Below are positions 38,501-47,203 of a stretch of DNA of 51,824 bases, one piece after another. The notes beneath the pieces were generated by a model. That model ran no database searches and was not told where the DNA came from. It saw only the letters and a program-made list of their open reading frames with translations. Made by a program: the position numbers and the translations under genes. Origin of the DNA: Candidatus Scatovivens sp. (GTDB lineage Bacteria > Bacillota > Clostridia > TANB77 > CAG-508); assembly GCA_045646345.1 (NCBI GenBank), contig JAZRKN010000019.1, positions 1 through 51,824 of the forward strand. The letters run 5' to 3'. Each line of letters opens with the position of its first letter. The stretch's first letter is position 1.

Positions 38501-40253
38501 ATGAAAAAAATATTAACATATGAAGAAATTAGTAAATATTTTAGAATGTATGATAAAGAAGCTCTATATTTAAAAAAAGAATTACAAGATTTTTTTGAAG
38601 CCAAAAACACAGCTGTGATGCAAAATTTAGGTTTTAGACGGACTAGGGGTACAAAGAGAAAACAAAGTTTTAGAAAATCAAAGCAGAGAAGAGAGTGAAA
38701 TATATGACGATAGCAAAAAATTGCGTTTTTATAGACCATTTAAGCTAGAATATTTTTATAAAGGAACTAAATATCAACAACCGAAATCTTTGGCTGTTAA
38801 TAAAACTGCAAAATTACCTTCGAAAGAAGAATATGATAAATTATCTGAAGACAAAAAAACAGAAATATTTGCTGATATTTTAAAAGATTTAGCTATTCTA
38901 AGTGCTAGAAGAGCAAACTTAGCAAATAGAGAAAAAAATTCAGAAAAAGCTAATGTTGGAGGAAAATTTGCATATGGAAACAAAGATAAGCACATGGTAG
39001 ATTTTCTAATTAGAGCACATATGCATAATCAATTAGTCGAACCAGAAAAACAAATATACTTTGGATTTGACTATGAGATGCAAAAAGGTCAAACAATTGG
39101 AAAAAATGGGTTACCATTTACATATATGAATTATTTGATGTCTCTAAATGCTAGTATTCCAGGATATTCTAGGTTATCACTTCATTTTGGAAGAATGGAA
39201 ATGCCAATTTTAAAAGAAGTAAACGAAGAATTAGTAAAGATGGGATTTGTTAAATTTCCTATAGATCGAAGTGAAGAAAGAACACACGATATTAGAAAAA
39301 AAGACGCTAAAGATAAAGGAAAAGAATTTAAACCAAGAAATGCGAAAGCAACGATTGAAAAATTATGTAGGGTGATGCCATATGAATTAGAAAAATATGT
39401 TGTGAATTTAGGATTAGTATCAAGAGATGATTATAATAACGCTGAAAAATATGCTAATCAAATGAGAAAAATGGCATATACAAATGGTAAATTTAATGAA
39501 ATAGGCATAGATGATTTTATATATTGTACAGGAATAAATTTGAATGAAAGAGAAATTATGTATTTGGCAGAAAGGGCTGGATTTGGAAAAGCAATTCTTT
39601 TAAAAATTCAAGAAAAAGTTAAAGAAAGAAGAAAAGTCATTTCAACTCCAATTAAAGCAAGAAGCGCATATTTCAGCGAGAGATTAAATGAATCAGAGAC
39701 GGACGAGAAAATGCTTGAAACGTTATGTGAATTGAGTAAAGCATATTGTATCGGATTGGAACTAGAAGATGAAGAAATTCCTTGGGCCGAAAAAATAAAT
39801 TCATTTATGAATCAAGTGGAAAATAAGGTTGATAAAAAGTTGCTAACAAAATGGTTTGCTACAACTGTTGAAGATGTTTTAAAAACTGAAGCGGACGATT
39901 ATGATAAGGTAGCAGAAGTATTACCATATGTTAGTGAGGCAAATAAAGAAACTTTGAATCTATTATTTCATCAATATGATAGCTCAGAGATAGCAGGGGC
40001 ATTACTTACAGAAAATGGTGTATTTAGGACTGGGGCTTACAAAAGAATTTTAATGTTTGTAGATGAAGAAAATAGAGAACGTATACTTCAAACATCTAGA
40101 GAATTAAAATCTGATTATGGATTTGAAGAAAATGTTGATGAAATTTATAAACAAATGTTAGAAATTGCTGAAAATTCAGAACCAACAGGTAGAGATGAAG
40201 CTGAAGCGATGGAGCAATATTTATTAGATAAAAATAGGAAAAAAGGAGAATAA
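38501..40253 (+). pseudogene. Single ~583-aa gene split by a +1 frameshift near 38632-38635 (ORF-track 70-aa and 510-aa pieces)
   Basis: GAGG RBS before ATG 38501; the downstream frame is open from 38631 and has no RBS at its TTG; removing one T from GGTTTTAGAC fuses both pieces (..QNLG-LDGLGVQRENK..). Confidence 0.7.
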
Positions 40254-40254
40254 T

Positions 40255-40479
40255 ATGGAAAGTTTAGAAGGATATATGAGTGACATAGAATTAGAAGAAA
40301 AAATGAAAAACTTTTTAAATTTGCAACCAGGATCTGCTTTTATAAGATATTTATTTGCTGTTCAAGAAGTTGCAGATTTATATAATCAATACGCTATAGC
40401 CATTGAAGACGAAGATGAAGTAGAAGAACTAAAATATAAACAATATATTATAGATATTATTGAAGACTTTGAAGAATAA
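40255..40479 (+). CDS. Small acidic hypothetical protein
   Basis: AAGGAG RBS inside the upstream gene end; starts 1 nt after its stop. Confidence 0.75.
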   Translation: MESLEGYMSDIELEEKMKNFLNLQPGSAFIRYLFAVQEVADLYNQYAIAIEDEDEVEELKYKQYIIDIIEDFEE

Positions 40480-40480
40480 C

Positions 40481-40516
40481 AAAAAAGATATGCTTTTTTA
40501 AAGCATATCTTTTTTT
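40481..40516. terminator. Bidirectional terminator
   Basis: aaaaaagatatgcttt...aaagcatatctttttt. Confidence 0.85.
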
Positions 40517-40521
40517 ATATT

Positions 40522-41727
40522 TCAAGCTAATAATGTAATCCAGTTTTTGGATATATGTTTAAATATATTAAATAATGTGTTTTTTTCAACATTTTCTTCT
40601 GCAATTAGATTAACTGAAGCTTTTAGATTATTATCAAAATAGTAATTTATTTTTCCTAAAACATCTCCTTGCTTAATTGGTGCTTCTAAACTTTCGTTCA
40701 CTATAAGTTCTTCAATAATTTCATTTTGATTAGAATTTTTCTTTATTAAAACACCATTGTCATTTTCGAATAAAAGATTAACTTGTGATTTGGTTCCTTT
40801 ACTAATATTTAGTTGAGTAGCAAAAGAACCTTTTTGGGCAAGGGGTTTGAATTCGTAATTACTAAAACCATAATCTAGTAATAATTTTGCTTCAGAAAAA
40901 CGAACTGTTGGTGTGGGTGCGCGAAGAACAACTGCTATTAGTGATAAATTATTTCTAGAAGCACTAGCTGATAAATTGTAAAGTGAAAGAGAAGTAGAAC
41001 CGGTTTTTAAACCAGTGATTCCTTCGTAAGTTCTAATAAGTTTGTTGGTGTTTACAAGCTCAGATTGGCCATTTCGTAAAGTATCCATCCAAATTGTTGT
41101 GTAATCAGAAATTTCTGGATGATGTGTCAACAATTCTTTAGACATTAAAGCAATATCATAACTAGAAGTTAAATGACCATCTTCGTCGATACCATGACAG
41201 TTTTTAAAGGTTGTATCATTCATACCAAGTTCTTTTGCTCTTTCGTTCATTTTTTGAACGAATAATTCTTCACTACCAGCCAGATATTCTGCCATAGCAA
41301 CAGTACAATCATTAGCACTAACAATACAGATTGCTTTAAGCATTTCGTTAACAGTTAAAAATTCTGTGCTATCAAGCCAAATTTGAGATCCTCCCATAGA
41401 AGATGCATTTTCACTACAAGAAATCTTAGTTTCTAAAGTAATATCCCCGCGATCTAATGCTTCCATTATTAATAAAATAGACATTACTTTAGTGACGCTT
41501 GCCGGTCTTAATTTTTTGTGACAATCTTTTTCAAAAAGAATTTCTCCTGTATTTTGTTCAATTAGAATTGCACTTTCTGATTCTAAAGTAATAAAAGTGT
41601 CATTAGTTGCATTAGTTTCTAATAAATCACTATCGTTCCAAATAGGAAAAGAAGAATAAAAAGAATAAGAAGAAATTGAAGTAGTAATACAAAATAATAT
41701 AGAAATACATAAAAATTTTTTTGTCAT
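40522..41727 (-). CDS. dacF: D-alanyl-D-alanine carboxypeptidase (peptidase S11, DacF-like)
   Basis: PASVTK (SxxK), SMGGSQIWL, SANDC (SxN), LVNTNKL, GLKTG; GGAGG RBS before ATG 41727. Confidence 0.85.
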   Translation of the reverse strand: MTKKFLCISILFCITTSISSYSFYSSFPIWNDSDLLETNATNDTFITLESESAILIEQNTGEILFEKDCHKKLRPASVTKVMSILLIMEALDRGDITLETKISCSENASSMGGSQIWLDSTEFLTVNEMLKAICIVSANDCTVAMAEYLAGSEELFVQKMNERAKELGMNDTTFKNCHGIDEDGHLTSSYDIALMSKELLTHHPEISDYTTIWMDTLRNGQSELVNTNKLIRTYEGITGLKTGSTSLSLYNLSASASRNNLSLIAVVLRAPTPTVRFSEAKLLLDYGFSNYEFKPLAQKGSFATQLNISKGTKSQVNLLFENDNGVLIKKNSNQNEIIEELIVNESLEAPIKQGDVLGKINYYFDNNLKASVNLIAEENVEKNTLFNIFKHISKNWITLLA

Positions 41728-41908
41728 AAAGTCCTCCAAATATTTATTAATTAACAATATGTTTTTTTATAAAAAATATGATAAAAAACTCTTTTTGATA
41801 GATTTATAAAATTTTTGAAAAAAATCTTGTATTATTAATTTAAAAAATATATAATGACTAAGGATTATGAAATTTGTGTGAAATAAAATACAGGAGGTAT
41901 ATATAATT

Positions 41909-43057
41909 ATGGAATCAAAAGTAAAAAAAGTAGCGATATTAACTAATGGTGGAGATGCTCCAGGATTAAATGCTGTTATCAGAGCAATAGTTAAAACAGC
42001 TAGAACATATGGGATAGAATGCTACGGTTTTATTGAAGGTTATAAAGGTCTTTTACACAACAATTATGTAAAACTAGATTTACAAGGAAATGCTTCAGGA
42101 TTATTAACAAAAGGTGGTACAATTATAGGAACATCTAATGCAACAAATGTATTTAATTATAAAGTTGTAAATGAAGATGGAACAGTAGAATATAAAGATT
42201 TATCTGATATTTGTGTTCAAAACATAAAAAATGCAGGATTTGATTGTATCTTTACATTAGGTGGAGATGGAACACAAAAATCAAGTAGAGATTTCTCATT
42301 AAAAGGAGTAAATTGTATAGGAGTACCAAAAACAATAGATAATGATGTTGCTTCAACAGATATGACATTCGGATACAATACAGCAGTATCTGTAGCATCA
42401 GAAGCATTAGATAGATTACACACAACAGCAGAAGCTCATCACAGAATAATGGTATTGGAAGTTATGGGAAGATATGCTGGATGGTTAGCTTTAGAATCAG
42501 CAATTGCTGGTGGAGCAGATGTTGCTTTGATTCCAGAAATTCCTTATGATATAAATAAAGTAGTTGAAAAAGTAAATGAAAGAAGAGCAAGAGGAAAAGA
42601 ATTTACAATAGTTGTTACATCTGAAGGAGCTATGCCAAAAGACGGAACAATAACAATTAAGAAAACTTTAGATGATGGAAAAGGATTAGACAATATAAGA
42701 CTTGGTGGAGTTGGAGAAAAATTAGCATCAGAGCTTGAGGAATTAACAGGAATGGCTGCTAGAAATACAACTTTAGGTTATGTTCAAAGAGGTGGAACAC
42801 CATCAGCGTTCGATAGAGTTTTATCTACAAAATATGGTTGCAAAGCAATGGAATTAGCAATGGAAGGTATTTTTAATGTTTTAGTAACATATAAAAATGG
42901 AAAAATGAGTTATGTTTCTTTAGAAGAAGTTGTAGGAAATAATAAAGTTGTTGGTGCTGCGTCTGGAAATACTAAAGAAAGTAATATAAGAAAAATTAAA
43001 ATGGATGATGATCTAATCAAAATCGCAAGAGATTTAGGAATGTGTTTAGGAGATTAA
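41909..43057 (+). CDS. pfkA: 6-phosphofructokinase (PfkA family, mixed-substrate clade-like)
   Basis: GGDAPGLNA, GGT.IGT, GGDGT, PKTIDND, EVMGRYAGW, LGYVQRGG. Confidence 0.93.
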   Translation: MESKVKKVAILTNGGDAPGLNAVIRAIVKTARTYGIECYGFIEGYKGLLHNNYVKLDLQGNASGLLTKGGTIIGTSNATNVFNYKVVNEDGTVEYKDLSDICVQNIKNAGFDCIFTLGGDGTQKSSRDFSLKGVNCIGVPKTIDNDVASTDMTFGYNTAVSVASEALDRLHTTAEAHHRIMVLEVMGRYAGWLALESAIAGGADVALIPEIPYDINKVVEKVNERRARGKEFTIVVTSEGAMPKDGTITIKKTLDDGKGLDNIRLGGVGEKLASELEELTGMAARNTTLGYVQRGGTPSAFDRVLSTKYGCKAMELAMEGIFNVLVTYKNGKMSYVSLEEVVGNNKVVGAASGNTKESNIRKIKMDDDLIKIARDLGMCLGD

Positions 43058-43060
43058 TAC

Positions 43061-43100
43061 AATAAAAAAACTACTAACTTTTGTTAGTAGTTTTTTTATT
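43061..43100 (+). terminator. Intrinsic terminator after pfk
   Basis: aataaaaaaactactaac-tttt-gttagtagtttttttatt. Confidence 0.85.
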
Positions 43101-43169
43101 GTATAAAAGACATAGAAATAGATTTGTTTATTATTTATACTGATTGATAAAAAGTGAAAGTAGATACAT

Positions 43170-43198
43170 TTGACAAAATTATGTAAACATTATATAAT
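43170..43198 (+). promoter_or_regulatory. SigA-type promoter of lipoprotein 1
   Basis: Perfect TTGACA-17 bp-TATAAT. Confidence 0.75.
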
Positions 43199-43309
43199 AA
43201 AACAGTAATGTTTAGAAAGATTTTCTTTGGATTAAGAAAGAAAGGGGGGAATCTCCCCAAAGGAGAGCTTTTCTGATCGTTCATTGCGCGAAAGCGCCAA
43301 GGAGAAAAC

Positions 43310-44224
43310 ATGCTATTTAAAAAATTTTCAAAATTATGTTTATTTATTTTAATGTCAATTCTAATGTTGACTGCTTGTACTATTTCTTCAGGAAATAGTG
43401 AAAAAATCGAAACGATTCCGAATGTGGAAGATTTTATTTTAGTAGATGATGCGTGTGATTATGAACGCTATATCGAAACATATCGCTTAGAAGTTACTAG
43501 TAGATTAGAAAATAACTCTGAAAACTATTTAACTGATGCTGAAAAAGATTTGCTTGAAGGCAAAGGATATACGATACTTGATGGAAGACCTAAAATTGTA
43601 TATTATGACGAAAGTATTGGAGAGATAACAACATACATGTATCCAGTTCTTTTTAGTGTAAAGAGTGGAGAAATTTATTTATGGAGTACTACTAATAATG
43701 GTGAACTTGCTATAAGTTTAATCTCAAAAAAAGAGGAATCAAAAGAGAACATTTCTGCAAAAGGATGGCTTGAAGGTACATCTTCAAATGTATATGTAAA
43801 ACAAAATGTACATTATTCACATAATGAAAATTGTGAAATTTATTTAGAGTCATATAGTAGTTATGCAATTGTATATGATAAACTAAATAATGTTATTATT
43901 TTCTCACGATTTGGTGAAGTTTTTGATGAAAGCAAACTTCCAATTGGTACAGAATATAAAGGGCACAATGATGCATTAGAACATTTATTTTTACAAGCTA
44001 ATGATGTGTATTCTGTATGGTGTTCTAAATATGATGGAGTTGAAACAGAAGTGATAGCACATAATGTTCAAGATGTTGTTGCTACCAAATACAGTAATGA
44101 CGTTTCAGAAATAAATGAACCAATTTTTAAAATGTTAGATGGTTCTTATAAGGTGTATAGAAGACCATATTCAAGTTTCGAAGCAGCAGATTCAAGTGTA
44201 TATCTTATTGAATTAGGTGAATAA
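43310..44224 (+). CDS. Lipoprotein of unknown function (paralog 1)
   Basis: Lipobox LTAC; shares YR.EV..RL, Y.YP, WS...G, IAHNVQ.V and P.F.M.DG..K.Y blocks with the next gene. Confidence 0.8.
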   Translation: MLFKKFSKLCLFILMSILMLTACTISSGNSEKIETIPNVEDFILVDDACDYERYIETYRLEVTSRLENNSENYLTDAEKDLLEGKGYTILDGRPKIVYYDESIGEITTYMYPVLFSVKSGEIYLWSTTNNGELAISLISKKEESKENISAKGWLEGTSSNVYVKQNVHYSHNENCEIYLESYSSYAIVYDKLNNVIIFSRFGEVFDESKLPIGTEYKGHNDALEHLFLQANDVYSVWCSKYDGVETEVIAHNVQDVVATKYSNDVSEINEPIFKMLDGSYKVYRRPYSSFEAADSSVYLIELGE

Positions 44225-44312
44225 CCAAAATGAATGAAAAGGGAAGTAAAATTGAGATCACGAAAGTGATCTTTTCTCATTTTATAAAAGAATATTATAG
44301 ACAGTAAAATCA

Positions 44313-44341
44313 TTGAAAATTTATGTAAACTGTGTTAAAAT
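44313..44341 (+). promoter_or_regulatory. SigA-type promoter of lipoprotein 2
   Basis: TTGAAA-17 bp-TAAAAT with TG in the extended -10 position. Confidence 0.6.
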
Positions 44342-44484
44342 ATACTTAAGATAGGTTTTACATATTTCCTGAATTTAAACTAAAATAAGGAAGATATTGA
44401 AAGGACTTCTTTTCAATTAGGAATATGTTGAATTTATTTAGAAGAACATTGAAAATTTTTATATTTAAAGAAGGAGATTACTCT

Positions 44485-45435
44485 ATGAAAAACACACTTA
44501 CGAAAATCATGTCCCTCGTTCTCGCTCTCGTTATGATCCTCAGTTGTGCTGCATGTGGAAACAAAGAAACTACGCAAGATGCTTCTTTGGGAGGAGACAC
44601 CTCAATTTATTCTGAAAAGGATGACTATAACATCTCAGACTTTTTAAAACAACCTGCTGAAGGTAATGAGGTTGAATCCTATAGAGCTGAAGTTTCTCGC
44701 CGTTTGAAGGTGATTGAGAAAGACGAAAATGCTAAATTTGTTACCGAATCTGAGAAAGTTTTCTTAGAGACAAATGGCTTCGATCTTTCTGTAAGAGGCA
44801 TCGAAATGGCGGAGTATTCTGATTCCTATATGGAACTTTCGATTTATTCTTACCCGATTGTATATGTTGGCGACAACAATTCTATTCAGGTGTGGTCTAT
44901 CGATAAGTATGGTTCCCTTTATGCTCAGGCAATTGAAGGTAAAATCAGCGAATACCATAGCAGCAAGTATTTTGGCAATGTACATTGCACGGACGAAGAA
45001 GATTCCAGAGAGATTATCAAGAATGAAAATGGATTTGCAGTTGTTCATGATGAAGAAAAGGATGTAGTAGAATTCTGGAGCCTTGGTGAATTGCTTTGCA
45101 AACACGAGTTGCCTAATGATTCTATTTACACCGGTTTTTCTGATTGGGTTGGTTATATTTTCCGTGCAGGAACCGATGTGTATGCACTTGCAGATATCGG
45201 AACTATTAACGCAAACCATAAAGAAATGTGCACTATCAAACCTATTGCACACAATGTGCAGATGGTAATTGATGCCGATTATTACATGGGGTCTGACGAT
45301 TGGGCACAGCCGTTATTTTTGATGACTGATGGTACTGTCAAAGGCTACTGTGAATGGGTTGGCGACGAAGGGGCACCTTCTGATCATCCTTCTTATTTGT
45401 ACGATATTCGCCACGAGGGTGGATACGACAAGTAA
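44485..45435 (+). CDS. Lipoprotein of unknown function (paralog 2), atypical codon usage
   Basis: AAGGAG RBS before ATG 44485; lipobox (C)AAC; homologous blocks to paralog 1. Confidence 0.8.
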   Translation: MKNTLTKIMSLVLALVMILSCAACGNKETTQDASLGGDTSIYSEKDDYNISDFLKQPAEGNEVESYRAEVSRRLKVIEKDENAKFVTESEKVFLETNGFDLSVRGIEMAEYSDSYMELSIYSYPIVYVGDNNSIQVWSIDKYGSLYAQAIEGKISEYHSSKYFGNVHCTDEEDSREIIKNENGFAVVHDEEKDVVEFWSLGELLCKHELPNDSIYTGFSDWVGYIFRAGTDVYALADIGTINANHKEMCTIKPIAHNVQMVIDADYYMGSDDWAQPLFLMTDGTVKGYCEWVGDEGAPSDHPSYLYDIRHEGGYDK

Positions 45436-45459
45436 GACATAAATTCAGCACTTATCTTG

Positions 45460-45493
45460 AGTGTCAGGTGTATAACGCACCTGACACTTTTTT
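45460..45493 (+). terminator. Intrinsic terminator after lipoprotein 2
   Basis: agtgtcaggtg-tataacg-cacctgacact-ttttt. Confidence 0.9.
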
Positions 45494-45602
45494 ATTTATA
45501 AACTATCTTAAATAAACTTAAATAAAGGACTTGCAATTTATAAAATTTGTGATATAATATAAAAGCTATTTGTGAGAATAGATAGAAAATGGAGGAAGTA
45601 AA

Positions 45603-47009
45603 ATGAGTGTAAAAGTTGAAAAAACAGAAAACAAAAATGAGGTAAAATTAGAATTTACAGTAGAAGCAAAAATTTTTGACGAAGGAATAAAAACAGTATT
45701 TAATAAAAATGCTAAATATTTTAATATACCAGGATTCAGAAAAGGTAAAGCTCCAATGAATATTGTTGAAAAATATTATGGAAGCGAAATCTTCTATGAA
45801 GACACATTTAATGAAATAGTTCCAGCTATATATGATGAAGCTATTAAAGAACAAAAATTAGAAGTAGTTAGCAAACCAGATATAGATATAATTCAAATTG
45901 GAAAAGGAAAAGACTTAATATTTACAGCTATTGTAGCTACAAAACCAGAAGTAAAATTAGGTAAATATAAAGGAATTTCTTTAGAAAAAACAGAATATAA
46001 AGTAGAAGAAAAAGATGTTGAAGAAGAATTAAACAAAATGGCTGAACGTAACAGTAGAATGGTAACTGTATCAGATAGAGCTACAAAAAAAGGTGATATA
46101 GCAGTTATTGATTTTGTAGGTTCAGTTGATGGTGTAGAATTTGAAGGTGGAAAAGCAGAAAACCACGAATTAGAATTAGGAAGTAACACATTTATTCCAG
46201 GATTTGAAGATCAAGTTGTTGGAATGAAAGTTGATGAAGTTAAAGATGTAAATGTAAAATTTCCAGAAGAATACTTCTCAAAAGACTTAGCAGGAAAAGA
46301 TGCTATATTCAAAGTAACTTTACATGAAATTAAAGTTAAAGAATTACCAAAAATAGATGATGAATTTGCTAAAGATGTTAGCGAATTCGATACTGTTGCA
46401 GAATTAAAAGCTGATATCAAAGCGAAAAAAGAAAAACAAAATGAAGAAAATGCTAAAGCTGAATTAGAAGAAAAAGCAATAAGAGCTGTTGCTGAAATTT
46501 CAGAAGTTGAAATTCCAAACGGAATGGTAGAAGTAGAATTAGATAATATGGCTCAAGATATGGATAGAAGATTATCTTACCAAGGATTTAATCTAGAACA
46601 ATACCTAAATATGTTAGGAAAAACAATGGCTGATTTCAGAAAAGAAAGTGAAGAACCAGCTAAAGATTCTATTAAATTAAGATTAGTTTTAGAAGCTGTT
46701 TGCAAAGATGCAAAAATTGAAGCACCAGCAAAAGAAGTAGATGAAAAAATTGCAGAATTAGCTAAAGCTTATGGTAGAAAAGAAGAAGAATTAAAGAAAA
46801 ACGAAGAATTCGTTAAAAACATTGAAGAAAGCGTAAAATCAGAAAAAGCAATAGCTTTAATATTAGAAAATGCAAAGATTAAAACAGTAGCTCCAAAAGC
46901 TGCAGAAGAAAAAAAGACAACTAAAAAATCTGCAAAAAAAGAAGATGCTACTGAAGAAGTAAAAGAAGAAAAGAAAACAACAAAAAAATCTACAAAAAAA
47001 GCAGAATAA
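45603..47009 (+). CDS. tig: Trigger factor
   Basis: IPGFRKGKAP ribosome-binding motif; FKBP domain (LGSNTFIPGFEDQ, FPEEY..DLAGK). Confidence 0.98.
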   Translation: MSVKVEKTENKNEVKLEFTVEAKIFDEGIKTVFNKNAKYFNIPGFRKGKAPMNIVEKYYGSEIFYEDTFNEIVPAIYDEAIKEQKLEVVSKPDIDIIQIGKGKDLIFTAIVATKPEVKLGKYKGISLEKTEYKVEEKDVEEELNKMAERNSRMVTVSDRATKKGDIAVIDFVGSVDGVEFEGGKAENHELELGSNTFIPGFEDQVVGMKVDEVKDVNVKFPEEYFSKDLAGKDAIFKVTLHEIKVKELPKIDDEFAKDVSEFDTVAELKADIKAKKEKQNEENAKAELEEKAIRAVAEISEVEIPNGMVEVELDNMAQDMDRRLSYQGFNLEQYLNMLGKTMADFRKESEEPAKDSIKLRLVLEAVCKDAKIEAPAKEVDEKIAELAKAYGRKEEELKKNEEFVKNIEESVKSEKAIALILENAKIKTVAPKAAEEKKTTKKSAKKEDATEEVKEEKKTTKKSTKKAE

Positions 47010-47030
47010 TTAGATAAAAACAAATAAAGA

Positions 47031-47066
47031 GCCTATTTTAACTCAAAGTTAAAATAGGTTTTTTTT
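47031..47066 (+). terminator. Intrinsic terminator after tig
   Basis: gcctattttaact-caa-agttaaaataggt-tttttt. Confidence 0.85.
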
Positions 47067-47203
47067 GCAAAAAACAAATTCTACATTACAGAAATGTAAC
47101 GAAAAAGAAATTAAAATGTAATATCAAAATTACTTAATGTAATTTACTTTTTGAGGTATAAAATATATAATAAAATAAGAATATAAGAAAAGGAAATGGT
47201 ATT

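Noticed and set aside
36784-40479. Prophage or mobile island
   Set aside because: No integrase, transposase, phage structural genes or flanking direct repeats seen
41750-41782. Sporulation sigma (SigE/SigG-like) promoter TCATATT..CATATT upstream of dacF
   Set aside because: Plausible, but the spacing is slightly short and such AT-rich matches are too frequent to call without transcription start data
43261-43310. Glycine-riboswitch-like words (GGAGAG ... CGCCAAGGAGAAA)
   Set aside because: Lacks the CCGAAG core and a properly placed CTCTCAGG/CTTTCAGG; the AAGGAG is simply the RBS
44227-44283. AAAAGGGAAG resembling the start of a cobalamin riboswitch
   Set aside because: No GGTG.AA.TCC or GC.ACTG elements; better explained as the 3' hairpin (GATCAC-GAAA-GTGATC) of lipoprotein 1
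44304-44331. Possible dif/pdif site (TTATGTAAACT equals the Bacillus XerD arm; similar string at 43179)
   Set aside because: No matching XerC arm at 6-bp spacing, both copies sit inside promoter spacers, and gene orientation bias does not switch here
44764-45268. Overlapping alternative ORFs inside lipoprotein 2 (162 aa on minus; 69 and 61 aa on plus)
   Set aside because: Expected from the higher GC of this gene; the main frame is supported by homology to paralog 1
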